Positions 8,031 to 18,236 of a stretch of DNA of 61,291 nucleotides are shown here, piece by piece. How positions within the stretch are numbered: position 1 is the stretch's first letter; every line of letters begins with the position of its first letter. The DNA is taken from NCBI GenBank assembly GCA_023245415.1, contig JAHFKJ010000005.1, positions 7,535 through 68,825 on the forward strand, in the 5' to 3' direction. The notes under the pieces are model-generated. The model had not been told where the DNA came from and did no database searches. It saw only the letters and a program-made list of their open reading frames with translations. Source of the stretch: Candidatus Gottesmanbacteria bacterium (GTDB lineage: Bacteria > Patescibacteriota > Microgenomatia > UBA10105). The position numbers and the translations under genes are program-made.

Positions 8031-9287
8031 TTATTTTGTCAATTCTTCGATTGCTTTCTCAAGCTGCAAATCAGCTGATCCGGTACTCGTTTTCACCTCA
8101 GTATCAGGCTTAATGCCTTTGCCATGAATCCATTCACCGCTGGGAAGTATCCAGCGTGCGGTAGTGATATGAATTCCGGATTTATCAGGCAAATCTTCAG
8201 GAGATTGAACCGTACCTTTCCCAAAAGACGTTTCACCAATTAGAACTGCGCGCTTATGATCTTTGAGTGCACCAGCGACAATTTCTGATGCTGAAGCACT
8301 ACCCTTGTTAATCAGAACGACAAGGGGTATATCTAGTAAATTTCCTTGACGGTTGACGTTAAATGTTTCTTTGGTTCCATCACTATTTTCCTGAAGTACC
8401 ACCACTCCGCTTCGGATAAATTCGGAAGCCACGTAGATTGCGCTCTGAAAATATCCGCCTGAGTTATTCCTTAAATCTAAAATGATTCCGGAAATTTTAG
8501 GCGAAGAGCGTATGTTTGACTTAACTTCATTTATACTTTGATTCCATTCGGTGTTGGTAGCATCACCGAATCTGGAGAGTTTGATATAACCAACATTGGG
8601 GCAATTTCGCAGCTTACAAGTTTCGCTTGTAGACTGTTTTACTTCATACTCGACACTTTTTATCGTAATTTTTTCCCGTGTTACTTCGATCTCTACTGCC
8701 GTTTGGGAATTTTCATGCATTATCGTCAACGTCACTTTGGTAAGGTTGGGTCCTCTGATTTTTGTGACTGCCTGAGGCACTGTCCAACCAGCAGTATCTT
8801 CGCCATTAACCTTGATAATCCAATCGCCAGGTCGTATCCCCATCTTTTCGGCTGGTTGACCTTTTAAAGGCGCAATGACGATAATTTTATCGTCTTTACT
8901 TCCCAATTGCGCTCCAATACCTTCAAATGATCCATTAAGATCATCTTTAAATCCAGCGTTATCTTTTGGCGGTAAAAATACCGTATACGGATCAGCGAGC
9001 GATGCTACCATACCTGAAACCGCGCCATAAACCATTTTTTGCGGATCCAGGGCTTTTTTATCCAAATAACGCTGCTCCAAACGATCCCAAACGTCCCAAA
9101 AAATGGAAAAATCAACTTCGCGATTTGCTGGAGGGGACGTTCTAGACACTGTAACAATTGGAGATGGAACTGATGCATCTTGAGAAACTGTAATAATTTT
9201 CTTTTGCCCGAATCTAAACCCAACATAACCTGCAAACAATATGAGACAAGCGGTAATGACGAGTCGACGGAATTTTTCAAGAGTCAT
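8031..9287 (-). CDS. S41 carboxyl-terminal processing peptidase with PDZ
   Basis: N-terminal TM, FEGIGAQL, a PDZ (GDWIIKVNG), LDLRNNSGGY and SASASEI. Confidence 0.88.
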   Translation of the reverse strand: MTLEKFRRLVITACLILFAGYVGFRFGQKKIITVSQDASVPSPIVTVSRTSPPANREVDFSIFWDVWDRLEQRYLDKKALDPQKMVYGAVSGMVASLADPYTVFLPPKDNAGFKDDLNGSFEGIGAQLGSKDDKIIVIAPLKGQPAEKMGIRPGDWIIKVNGEDTAGWTVPQAVTKIRGPNLTKVTLTIMHENSQTAVEIEVTREKITIKSVEYEVKQSTSETCKLRNCPNVGYIKLSRFGDATNTEWNQSINEVKSNIRSSPKISGIILDLRNNSGGYFQSAIYVASEFIRSGVVVLQENSDGTKETFNVNRQGNLLDIPLVVLINKGSASASEIVAGALKDHKRAVLIGETSFGKGTVQSPEDLPDKSGIHITTARWILPSGEWIHGKGIKPDTEVKTSTGSADLQLEKAIEELTK

Positions 9288-9292
9288 ATGAA

Positions 9293-10036
9293 TTATTTTT
9301 TGCCGGGTAGATGATCTTCTTCTAAAACCAGGAGCTGCAGTTTGTCTCCATATAGAAGAGCTTGTTTTTTATTATGGGCATGAATTTTAGTTATATCAGA
9401 AACCAATAAATATGGCAATGAAAAGTTGGGTGAGTGCAGTACTTCACATACGATCGCCACCGCTCCCAATACATCAGCTTTCACGATGACATCACTTACT
9501 GCTTCTTTTACCACTAAAATTGCTCTGTCTAAATCTATCGGCATTGTCAGCGTAGAAATATTCTCTGTTACAACTTTGAGAATACCTGAGGCCAGCTTTC
9601 CTTTTCCCTGTATTCCCTCAATCATACAGCCCTGGACGCTAAAAACAATTTCCTCCTTATTCACTTCTTCAACTATTCCATCAAACCAGGCAGCTGTAGT
9701 TTTCTCATCCGTTTTTTCTTTGATACCCACAAGTCCCCTTAGGGCGTCCAAAATTATAAATTCTCCTGCAACCGGCGTTTTTACCAGTTGTGAGCTAAAA
9801 ACTCTTTTTTTTCTGGCAATTGCTTGTCCTTGTTTTACAGACTGGTTTTCTTTCACCAGAAGATATGATGTAATTTTTTGCCCAGGTATATCTAGTATTT
9901 TTGCTAAATCAAATTTATGAATACTTAGCGGATTAGAAACGATCAGCGGGTCACCGTATAGTATATGAAAACCTTTTTCCACAACTGGTTTTTCGTAAGT
10001 CTCAAGATGAATTGAAACGTGTGTTTTCTTATGCAT
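9293..10036 (-). CDS. hypothetical protein
   Basis: The 247-aa ORF fills the gap between rpsR and the S41 peptidase on the same strand. A barrel-hairpin-like segment (VKQGQAIA..VKTPVAGEF) is the only hint. The antisense 164-aa ORF is judged a shadow. Confidence 0.6.
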   Translation of the reverse strand: MHKKTHVSIHLETYEKPVVEKGFHILYGDPLIVSNPLSIHKFDLAKILDIPGQKITSYLLVKENQSVKQGQAIARKKRVFSSQLVKTPVAGEFIILDALRGLVGIKEKTDEKTTAAWFDGIVEEVNKEEIVFSVQGCMIEGIQGKGKLASGILKVVTENISTLTMPIDLDRAILVVKEAVSDVIVKADVLGAVAIVCEVLHSPNFSLPYLLVSDITKIHAHNKKQALLYGDKLQLLVLEEDHLPGKK

Positions 10037-10054
10037 TGGCAGGTTAAATGAAAA

Positions 10055-10294
10055 TTAATTTGGTTTGAGCATAAACGGCATCAGAGCTAAATGCCGCGCA
10101 TGCTTGACGCTTGTCGTCAGATGGCGCTGATGTTTGCTGCACAGTCCGGTACGCATATGTGATAGAATTTTACCGCGCTCTGAAACGTAGGGTGTAAGAA
10201 ACTCTATTTCTTTATATGATGGCTGGGTATCATTTTTACAGAATGGACAATTTTTGGGTACATTTTTGATTCTTCTTGGCGATCTTGGTTTCAT
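10055..10294 (-). CDS. rpsR: 30S ribosomal protein S18
   Basis: CPFC...Y.E...L..YVSERGKI..R..TGLC.KHQR.L...VK.AR.LALMPF. Confidence 0.93.
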   Translation of the reverse strand: MKPRSPRRIKNVPKNCPFCKNDTQPSYKEIEFLTPYVSERGKILSHMRTGLCSKHQRHLTTSVKHARHLALMPFMLKPN

Positions 10295-10309
10295 AATATA
10301 CTCCTTAGA

Positions 10310-10837
10310 TTAGAATGGTATGTCGTCTGGATTTATATTTTCAGTTACAGTTTTTGTATCATCCGGTTTACTGACATGAACCACTTCTGCCGATGTGGTT
10401 GCGACGGCTGGGACATCTTGAGTCGGTGATACATTTGTAACAACAGACCTATTTAATACCCCTGCTACTCCTTCAGTAGGTTGGATGCCTGCATCAATGC
10501 GTTTTGAGTCTAAGATAATCATATCTTCAATGACAATCTCGGTAGTCGTGCGCTGTTGACCATCCTGGCCCTGCCAAGATCTGGTTTGGAGTCTACCCTC
10601 AACATATACTTTGCGTCCTTTTGCCAATAGCTGATTACACAGCTCTGCCAGCTTATTCCATGATACAACACGGTGAAATTCAGTTTCCTCTTTTTTCTCG
10701 CCGCTTTCGGTCGTCCATCCTCTGTTGGTAGCGAGTCCAAATGTACAGACTGCGGTCCCATTTGGTGTATAACGCAGTTCCGGGTCCCTGGTTAAATTGC
10801 CGATAAGTATGACTTTATTAAGTGACCTTGCCGACAT
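10310..10837 (-). CDS. ssb: single-stranded DNA-binding protein
   Basis: OB-fold N-terminus LNKVILIGNLTRDPELRYTPNG and an acidic tail ending DDIPF. It sits between rpsF and rpsR. Confidence 0.93.
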   Translation of the reverse strand: MSARSLNKVILIGNLTRDPELRYTPNGTAVCTFGLATNRGWTTESGEKKEETEFHRVVSWNKLAELCNQLLAKGRKVYVEGRLQTRSWQGQDGQQRTTTEIVIEDMIILDSKRIDAGIQPTEGVAGVLNRSVVTNVSPTQDVPAVATTSAEVVHVSKPDDTKTVTENINPDDIPF

Positions 10838-10855
10838 AAAAACTTTAACGAGCAG

Positions 10856-11161
10856 CTAATTACTAGCTGCCTTTTTAACTTTCTTTTTTCGCGGATTTTT
10901 TATTTTAACAACTAAATGCCGCAGGATCGCTTGGTCAAGTTTAAATTTTTCGTTGAGACTATTAGGATTGGTTCCGGATAATGTAATCGAGATATATATC
11001 GCTTCTGTCTGCTTTTTTATAGGATAGGCAAGCACGCGTTTTACCCATCCTATTTCACTATCTACGTTAAGTCCTGCTTTTTGCAGCAATTGCGTAAGTT
11101 TTTCCGTAAATGCTTTTTGCTCGGTATCTTTATTGACTAAAACTACTAATTCATATTGCAT
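10856..11161 (-). CDS. rpsF: 30S ribosomal protein S6
   Basis: MQYELVVLV.., about 100 aa, first gene of the rpsF-ssb-rpsR arrangement. Confidence 0.88.
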   Translation of the reverse strand: MQYELVVLVNKDTEQKAFTEKLTQLLQKAGLNVDSEIGWVKRVLAYPIKKQTEAIYISITLSGTNPNSLNEKFKLDQAILRHLVVKIKNPRKKKVKKAASN

Positions 11162-11257
11162 AAATACTCAGTGATTATATCATGAAATTATCAACATTAC
11201 CAGAAATTTGATTTTTTACAGTGTTTAACATTATAATAGTTAAATTATTGTATACGT

Positions 11258-12022
11258 ATGGGATTTTTCATTGTTATTATTGTCATTATCTTAGTCATGA
11301 TTCCGATGGCTATTCGCATTGTCCAGGAGTATGACCGCGGAGTAGTTTTTTTCCTGGGCCGGTGCACCGGGATTCGCGGACCTGGACTCATACCTCTGAT
11401 TCCTTTTTTTGAACGCATGGTTCAAGTCAGTCTGCGAACTGTCACGATGGAGATTCCTTCCCAAAAAATTATTACCAAAGATAATGTCTCCATTGACATC
11501 GCGGCAGTAGCCTACTATCACATAGTGGATCCCAAAAAATCAGTTTTGGCGATTGAAAATATTTATGAAGCTGTCAATCAAATCAGCCAAACAACGGTTC
11601 GCAATGTAGTCGGACAATTTGTCCTGGATCAGTTACTTTCCAAAACAGCCGACATCAACACCCAAATCAAGAATGTGATCGACTTACACACTGAACCCTG
11701 GGGTGTACAAGTCACGGCAGTTGAGATCAAAGACATAACGCTACCTGACAATATGCAACGGGCAATGGCAAAAGAAGCGGAAGCCGAACGTGAACGCCGG
11801 GCCAAAATTGTCGCAGCCGAAGGAGAATTTCAAGCTGCTGTAAAACTCGGTGAAGCAGCCGACATTATCTCCAAACATCCAGTAGCACTGCAGTTGAGAA
11901 CTCTCCAGACTATGTCGGAAATAAGTACTGAAAAAAATTCCACCATTATATTTCCGGCTCAATTTATGAATACAGTATCCGACGCCATCAAAACACTCAG
12001 AGCTGATTCTTCAGTCAGATAA
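11258..12022 (+). CDS. SPFH/Band 7 (stomatin/slipin-like) protein
   Basis: N-terminal [26 protein letters not shown] and [21 protein letters not shown]. Confidence 0.88.
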   Translation: MGFFIVIIVIILVMIPMAIRIVQEYDRGVVFFLGRCTGIRGPGLIPLIPFFERMVQVSLRTVTMEIPSQKIITKDNVSIDIAAVAYYHIVDPKKSVLAIENIYEAVNQISQTTVRNVVGQFVLDQLLSKTADINTQIKNVIDLHTEPWGVQVTAVEIKDITLPDNMQRAMAKEAEAERERRAKIVAAEGEFQAAVKLGEAADIISKHPVALQLRTLQTMSEISTEKNSTIIFPAQFMNTVSDAIKTLRADSSVR

Positions 12023-12104
12023 TCTTTTTATATTATTTACATTAATTAGCAAAATCTCCTCTTGCCAGTTTCTAAGTAGTCCATTAAGATAAAATTAGGA
12101 TTAT

Positions 12105-14219
12105 ATGTTTTCAGGATTATTTTTAAGTTTCCCACTATTTTATGTCATTGGCTTGGTATGTTTTATCCGTTGGTTCATTTCACTTTTTAAGTCAACACCC
12201 AAGCCTGACCGTCAGACCATACTCAAAGCGCTGATTGCCGAACTTACAGCGTCGCAAAGTATTTATCCCGATAAAAAAATTCCTGAGCTTATTGAAGAGT
12301 ATAAACATGAATTAAATAAAGCTAACTCTAGCGCTGTAGCTTTATCTTCAACTGCCCAAAAAACCGATTTGTTACATCAAGACGTTTCAACACTTGCTTC
12401 AAACTGGTATACGGATAATTCAATAAATTTACTGCTGTATATTGGCGCTTTTTTGATAGTTGCATCTGCCTCTATCTTTGTTGGATTTCAATGGGAAACA
12501 ATTAGCGGTATCGACAAGGCGATGATCATCTCAGTTCTGACCGGATTGTGGTTTATATTTGGCATCTGGTTTTACGGTATCCCCAAAGTCCGTAGTGCCG
12601 GCCTCACCTTTATCGGAATTGGCGCTCTACTTATCCCATTTTCCGGATTTGCCTGGCATAATTTTGTACTAATAAACCTCGGAGTGAGTTTGGGAACATC
12701 CTGGTGTGTAACTTCAATTATCGGAGCTCTTGTATATATTTCACTTATCTGGGTAGTTAAAAAACCGTTTTTTGCCTATTTATTTAATTTTTCTTGTCTT
12801 TCGCTTGTATTTTCACTGATTGAGCTAAATCATCTGGTTACAAACTATTATATTCTGGGGTCTATATTCACCGCGCTTGTTATGCTTGGCGTGAGAATGT
12901 TTATTGATCAAAATTGGGCAGACGAAACTTTATATTCACAACCGCTGGAATATTCCGCCAATCTGCTATTACCAATAGCGCTTGGGTTTGGTTTAATAAC
13001 GCTGCTGTCCCAATCTCTTAATTTATTTTCGTTTGAAAATACAAGCGCTTTATTTTTAGCCAGTTTTTACTACGCGCTATATTTTTTTTATACGAAGAAA
13101 TCCGTCTATTTAGCTTTAAGTGAATCGCTCATAATAATCACCTTGATATTTTTCTTTAACTGGCAAGATTTAGCTACACAAACTAAGTTTTACGGCTTAG
13201 AACTGACGTCACTGGCACTTTTCTTCGGTGCATTCATACTAAAAAAACTCCATACGAAGGAATCTTCCGAAATAACAGTAACTCTTGCTCTTATATCCAG
13301 TGTATTCTGGTATGTTTTCGCGCAATTTCTAAATGTTGCGATTTCCGACGTCGTAATATTTGCTGCTATGGTAACAGGTCTTTCATTTTTAACCGCGATC
13401 TATCTGGAACATTCCCGAACTCGAATTTTAGGCATCCTGTTCGTATATATTCTGCTTAATCATATTTTGCAACTTGTAGATATCGACAGTATGTACCTAC
13501 CGATTGCGTTTACCACCCTTTCATATGTCTTTTACTCTATATCATTTTTATTTGACGCCAACGAACAAAAAGTCGCTAACATCTACAAAAATTCAGTGTA
13601 TATCGCATTAATTTTAACTCCCTTAATATTTGGATTTACGAGCAGGCTAAGTTATTCCAGTAAGTTTTATGAAATTTATGCACTACTTTCTGGTTACGGT
13701 AGTCTCGCGCTATTTGCGTTTGAAAGCTATTATCATAATAATGAAAAACTCCGATATTTTACCTCAGCGATTGCCATGTATATGTATGAATGGCAGATAT
13801 TTTATTGGAAATTTAGTGAACAACAATTTTATTCCTTGCCACTGGCACTTTATCTTTTGGTACTCGCCTTTTTGCGTTATCGCAAAGGTGATGAATCCAC
13901 ACGAAAATTGCTTGATTTAGCTGCTACACTTTGTTTAATTTTTCCGACATTAGGTCAGGCTTGGGAAGTAAATGGAGCTATCTACGCCTTAATTCTTGGA
14001 GCCGAAGGAGCTGTACTTGTACTACTGGGCAATTCTCTTGCCTATAAAGTGTATACGTTTGCCGGCACAGCTGCTATAATTCTAGCCGTAGTCTCACAAA
14101 CGTACAATTATATTCTATCCCTTCCCCGCTGGATAATTACCGGTATTGGCGGACTGGCATTTTTGATTTTGGCCGTATATCTTCTCGTCTACCGCAAAGA
14201 CCAAAACCCAAATTCCTAA
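12105..14219 (+). CDS. large polytopic membrane protein (about 18 TM), function unknown
   Basis: 704 aa, with hydrophobic repeats after a roughly 90-aa soluble N-proximal segment. Any resemblance to DUF2339-type proteins is recollection only. Confidence 0.7.
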   Translation: MFSGLFLSFPLFYVIGLVCFIRWFISLFKSTPKPDRQTILKALIAELTASQSIYPDKKIPELIEEYKHELNKANSSAVALSSTAQKTDLLHQDVSTLASNWYTDNSINLLLYIGAFLIVASASIFVGFQWETISGIDKAMIISVLTGLWFIFGIWFYGIPKVRSAGLTFIGIGALLIPFSGFAWHNFVLINLGVSLGTSWCVTSIIGALVYISLIWVVKKPFFAYLFNFSCLSLVFSLIELNHLVTNYYILGSIFTALVMLGVRMFIDQNWADETLYSQPLEYSANLLLPIALGFGLITLLSQSLNLFSFENTSALFLASFYYALYFFYTKKSVYLALSESLIIITLIFFFNWQDLATQTKFYGLELTSLALFFGAFILKKLHTKESSEITVTLALISSVFWYVFAQFLNVAISDVVIFAAMVTGLSFLTAIYLEHSRTRILGILFVYILLNHILQLVDIDSMYLPIAFTTLSYVFYSISFLFDANEQKVANIYKNSVYIALILTPLIFGFTSRLSYSSKFYEIYALLSGYGSLALFAFESYYHNNEKLRYFTSAIAMYMYEWQIFYWKFSEQQFYSLPLALYLLVLAFLRYRKGDESTRKLLDLAATLCLIFPTLGQAWEVNGAIYALILGAEGAVLVLLGNSLAYKVYTFAGTAAIILAVVSQTYNYILSLPRWIITGIGGLAFLILAVYLLVYRKDQNPNS

Positions 14220-14220
14220 T

Positions 14221-15378
14221 TTAACTACCAATCTTAAACTCCACCACTTCCCCATCCCTGATTACATATTCTTTACCTTCAAGGCGCAATTTTCCTAAGT
14301 TCCGCGCTTTATTCCAACCGCCTACTGCCACAAAATCTGCATAAGTAACAATTTCAGCTTTAATAAACTTTTTTTCAAAATCGGTGTGAATCACAGAGGC
14401 TGCCTGAGGAGCTTTGGTCCCATTTGTAATCGTCCAGGCGCGGGCTTCCAACTCACCTCCGGTTAAAAAAGATACTAATCCAAGTCTGGCATAAGCTTTT
14501 TGAATAAGCCGATCTAAACCAGTTTTTTCTAATCCAAGCGATTTCAGGTACTCTAACTGCTCCGTTTCAGTTAACTCAGCAAGTTCGGACTCAATTTTTG
14601 CTGAAACAAGCAAAATATCGCTTTCTTTTATGTGTTGATCTGTTTCGCCAAATTGCGGTTTAGTTAATTTGAAAATTAGTTGATTAGTTGAATTTTGCAA
14701 TTGGTCTTCTCCTACATTTACTACATAGAGAGCCGGTTTCATTGTAAGTAAATGAAGATCTGCCGCACATATTTTATCCGTCTCATCCACAAGAATTTCA
14801 CGTGCTTTTTTACCCCTCTCAAGTTGTTGTTTAAGTAATTTAATTAACTCCCATTTTTTTAAGGCTTCTTTTTCAATCTTACCGCGCGGTTCTATTTGTT
14901 TTTCCAATGTTTGTAAATCCGCAAGCATCAGCTCCGTATCCAATATTTCCAAGTCTTTAATTGGGTTGATGTCTCCAGAGACGTGAACTACGTCAGAATC
15001 CTGAAACTGGCGCAGTACATAGCAAATAAGGTCTACTTCTCTGATATGGGCTAAGAATTTATTACCCAATCCTTCTCCCTGCGCGGCACCAGCTACAAGA
15101 CCTGCGATATCCACAAATTTTACTGTGGCGGGAACAATCGGCGGCAGTTTTATACCGCCGTCCTGAGCTTCGCGAAGAGAAGCGTGAGGATTCCCCCCAC
15201 CAATAATAATCGCTATTTTTTCAAGCCGCTCATCTGGCACCGGCACAACTCCTACATTAGGCTCAATCGTCGCAAACGGAAAATTCGCTACAAATGCTAC
15301 TTGCTTTTTTAGAAGAGCGTTAAAAAGCGTCGACTTGCCGGCGTTCGGAAGCCCAACAATCCCAACCGATAAATTCAT
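14221..15378 (-). CDS. ychF: ribosome-binding ATPase YchF (with about 17-aa insertion)
   Basis: [36 protein letters not shown] and a C-terminal TGS-like region. It carries the extra segment [19 protein letters not shown]. Confidence 0.92.
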   Translation of the reverse strand: MNLSVGIVGLPNAGKSTLFNALLKKQVAFVANFPFATIEPNVGVVPVPDERLEKIAIIIGGGNPHASLREAQDGGIKLPPIVPATVKFVDIAGLVAGAAQGEGLGNKFLAHIREVDLICYVLRQFQDSDVVHVSGDINPIKDLEILDTELMLADLQTLEKQIEPRGKIEKEALKKWELIKLLKQQLERGKKAREILVDETDKICAADLHLLTMKPALYVVNVGEDQLQNSTNQLIFKLTKPQFGETDQHIKESDILLVSAKIESELAELTETEQLEYLKSLGLEKTGLDRLIQKAYARLGLVSFLTGGELEARAWTITNGTKAPQAASVIHTDFEKKFIKAEIVTYADFVAVGGWNKARNLGKLRLEGKEYVIRDGEVVEFKIGS

Positions 15379-15450
15379 AATGGTAATTGTATCATGAACA
15401 TGTAGATGAACATGTATAGTCTAGAAGGATTGTTAAAACAATCTAATTCT

Positions 15451-15484
15451 ATGCAAAGCTAAGCTTTGCATAGCTTTGCATAGA
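15451..15484. repeat. R2 repeat: ATGCAAAGCTAAGCTTTG plus tandem AGCTTTGCAT x2
   Basis: Palindrome TGCAAAGCT-A-AGCTTTGCA (15452-15470). The 18-nt core is identical to 17738-17755. Confidence 0.85.
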
Positions 15485-15532
15485 CGTTTACATGAGATTA
15501 CTAGACTATTCAGCTATAATGATTTAACACAT

Positions 15533-16462
15533 ATGACCAATGATGTTATAGAAGTACGTAATCTGGTAAAAGATTATGGCTCTTTTCGGGCAGTAGACGA
15601 CATAACTTTTACCGTACCAAAGGGTAAAATTGTCGGATTTTTAGGTCCCAATGGTGCTGGCAAAACCACAACCATTCATATACTCCTAGGAATTACGACC
15701 GCGACAGCCGGCCATATTTCATTTTTCGGCAAAGACTTTAATCACCATAAGCAACACATATTAGCCCGCATTAATTTCGCATCAGCATTCAACACCCTAC
15801 AAGGACGCATCTCGGTATGGGAAAATCTAGTAGTATTTTCACACATCTATGAAGTAAAAGGCTATAAAAAGAAAATCACCGATTTAATTGACTATTTCGA
15901 AGTTTCTAATATGCTTAACTCACTATATCACGATTTATCCGCAGGACAAAAAACGCGCGTAAATCTTATTAAGTCGCTCTTAAATGATCCGGAAATCCTC
16001 CTGATGGATGAACCCACTGCCTCACTTGATCCAGATATCGCCGATAAAACCTTGACACTCATTGAGCAACTCAAAAAAGATCGCAACCTGACACTTTTGT
16101 ATACAAGTCACAACATGAGTGAAATTACGCGAATTTGCGATGAAGTCATATTTCTAGATCACGGCAAAATCGTGGCCCACGATACACCTCTTGGACTAAC
16201 CAAAAGAATCCGCTCCGCCCAACTACGTCTCATATTTAATGACGATAAAAAAATACTTGAAGACTACTTAACTCAAGAAAATCTGCAATTTACATTTGAA
16301 GATGAACACACAGTAACGATAAAAACAGAAGAAGAACTGATTCCCAAACTCATTTTTAGCATCAGTAAAACAGGCATTTGGATGACAGACATCGAAGTCA
16401 AAAAGCCTACCCTAGAAGACGTATTTTTACAAATTGCCCGAGGAGATGTCCATGAATCTTAA
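15533..16462 (+). CDS. ABC transporter ATP-binding protein
   Basis: Walker A GPNGAGKTT, signature LSAGQKTRV, Walker B LLMDEPT. The start is taken at ATG 15533, because the TTG at 15476 lies inside repeat R2. Confidence 0.9.
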   Translation: MTNDVIEVRNLVKDYGSFRAVDDITFTVPKGKIVGFLGPNGAGKTTTIHILLGITTATAGHISFFGKDFNHHKQHILARINFASAFNTLQGRISVWENLVVFSHIYEVKGYKKKITDLIDYFEVSNMLNSLYHDLSAGQKTRVNLIKSLLNDPEILLMDEPTASLDPDIADKTLTLIEQLKKDRNLTLLYTSHNMSEITRICDEVIFLDHGKIVAHDTPLGLTKRIRSAQLRLIFNDDKKILEDYLTQENLQFTFEDEHTVTIKTEEELIPKLIFSISKTGIWMTDIEVKKPTLEDVFLQIARGDVHES

Positions 16463-17243
16463 TCGCATCAAAGGCATACTTATACAAGAGTTTTTTATTA
16501 CACTTCGTTCATTCGAGGTCATTTCGGATATCATCATATTCCCTGGTACAACACTTATTCTATTCGGTCTGCTCGCGACCTATTTGGCCGGAATAACAAA
16601 TATAACTGTGGCGTACTCTTTACTTATGGGCATGCTGCTGTGGCATATTATTACTATCGTTCAATACTCTATTTCAGTAGGAAGCCTATGGAATATTTGG
16701 TCACGTAACTTAAGCAATATGCTTATCACTCCTATCTCACTATTTGAATATATTTGTGCTTATACATTTTCCGGAATTCTTAAGGCAATCATAATGATTA
16801 CCTCATCCGCATTTCTGATCAAGATTGTTTTTCATTTCAATATTTTTGACCTGGGCATTGCAAATTTAGGACTCTATACATTTAATTTAATCCTGTTTGC
16901 AATCTCTTTTGGCATGGTCATGCTCGGCCTCATCTTTCGCTATGGTACTCGGATTCAAGCATTTGCCTGGGGAATTTTACCTATCGTTCAACCATTAACT
17001 TCAGTTCTCTATCCTGTAAGCGTATTACCAGGCCCTTTGCAAACTATCGCTTACTTAATGCCACCGACATATGTCTTTGAAGCATTGCGTGCAAATGTTC
17101 TAAATCCCCATATTATCCAGTGGAATTTGTTTACTATTTCACTTGGCGAGAATATTATTTATTTTGCATTAGCTACTTGGTTTTTTATCGCGATGTTTAA
17201 TCAGTCCAAAAATTTAGGCCAATTTGCTCGACTGGAAGGATAA
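16446..17243 (+). CDS. ABC-2 type transporter permease
   Basis: Six TM segments. It overlaps the stop of the ATPase gene, the typical exporter pair arrangement. Confidence 0.85.
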   Translation: MSMNLNRIKGILIQEFFITLRSFEVISDIIIFPGTTLILFGLLATYLAGITNITVAYSLLMGMLLWHIITIVQYSISVGSLWNIWSRNLSNMLITPISLFEYICAYTFSGILKAIIMITSSAFLIKIVFHFNIFDLGIANLGLYTFNLILFAISFGMVMLGLIFRYGTRIQAFAWGILPIVQPLTSVLYPVSVLPGPLQTIAYLMPPTYVFEALRANVLNPHIIQWNLFTISLGENIIYFALATWFFIAMFNQSKNLGQFARLEG

Positions 17244-17297
17244 CTTAAGCGATGACATTGAAGAATCAAACTTTATGCTGCCATTTTGCGTAAAGAT

Positions 17298-17489
17298 TTA
17301 ACCCCTAACAATACTGGAAATACGACAAATCCCTCTATAATGATAAATCCGATAAATATCATGCGATCGGTAAATTCGTCCAAAATGATTTTCCAGCATA
17401 AATCCTAAACAGAAAAAAAGTGCTGATTCACTAATAATCATCAGTAATCCCGGTACAAAAATCTGTACAATTTGTCTGTATGGCAACAT
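17298..17489 (-). pseudogene. possible frameshifted small membrane-protein gene
   Basis: The 63-aa ORF starts hydrophobic (MLPYRQIVQIFVPGLLMIISESALFFCLGFML) and then becomes implausible. The adjacent frame continues LDEFTDRMIFIGFIIIEGFVVFPVLLGVKSLRKMAA from a T-run at about 17383-17386. Confidence 0.25.
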
Positions 17490-17737
17490 CGTCGTGTTTT
17501 CTAATTTTTTTAAGTAGAGGCACGTATAATATCACATACAAAACACACTACAACACACCAAGTAACATCCATAACTGCTGACGGAATGTATTTTTTTGGA
17601 TGACACGCGAATAATAGGCGTATTCTTGCAAGAATATATTTACGCTTCTATTCCAGCAGACAAATGTGAACATTGAGTTGGATAATTTACGGAATATAAT
17701 GATGCCTTAATTTTCGTTGTCAAATCAACTTAAATCA

Positions 17738-17773
17738 ATGCAAAGCTAAGCTTTGAGTTAAAGCTTTGAGTTA
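17738..17773. repeat. R2 repeat copy 2: ATGCAAAGCTAAGCTTTG plus tandem AGCTTTGAGTTA x2
   Basis: The 18-nt core is identical to 15451-15468. It abuts the stop codon of the 17771..18163 gene. Confidence 0.85.
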
Positions 17774-18163
17774 CCGCCGTAGATTTGTCACACACGCTCC
17801 ACCTAAAGTTCCTGCTGCTGCATACATCCCAGAATGCGTAAAGACTGGCTGATGTGTCAACTGAGTCAGTATTAATCCCAAAGCAGCTTCACCGCCTAGA
17901 GCACATATTACCAATCGCGGGTTTCTCGCTATTTTGGCACCTACCCATACTCCTGCAGTAAAACAAAGTGTTATAAAAATAATGTCTTCAGAACCAATTC
18001 CACTTTGCGCAAAAAAAGCTGCAGGAATCGCTTGTGCAAAAAAACTATCCAACGAGAATCCTTGACTTATTAAAGGTTCAGTTACATTTATCGGTATAGA
18101 TCCTATAGCTTCATGTCTGGCCGGAGAATTCATTCCCAGTCTCATATGGAAATTATTTATCAC
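17771..18163 (-). CDS. hypothetical small membrane protein (Gly/Ala-rich TM segments)
   Basis: 130 aa with 3 predicted TM segments (IIFITLCFTAGVWVGAKIA, LVICALGGEAALGLIL, GMYAAAGTLGGACV). Confidence 0.55.
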   Translation of the reverse strand: MINNFHMRLGMNSPARHEAIGSIPINVTEPLISQGFSLDSFFAQAIPAAFFAQSGIGSEDIIFITLCFTAGVWVGAKIARNPRLVICALGGEAALGLILTQLTHQPVFTHSGMYAAAGTLGGACVTNLRR

Positions 18164-18236
18164 AAATTAGACTTTAACGCAAAATTTTCTGCAAATTTAT
18201 CTTGTCTTTGTATCGCTAACCAGCTAAAGTATATAT

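Noticed and set aside
9426-9920. Long antisense ORFs in the six-frame track, for example the 164-aa ORF at 9426..9920 and the 163-aa ORF at 57390..57881.
   Set aside because: They lie entirely inside better ORFs on the opposite strand. They have the Ser/Thr/Pro-rich, low-complexity composition typical of shadow frames, and show no motifs.
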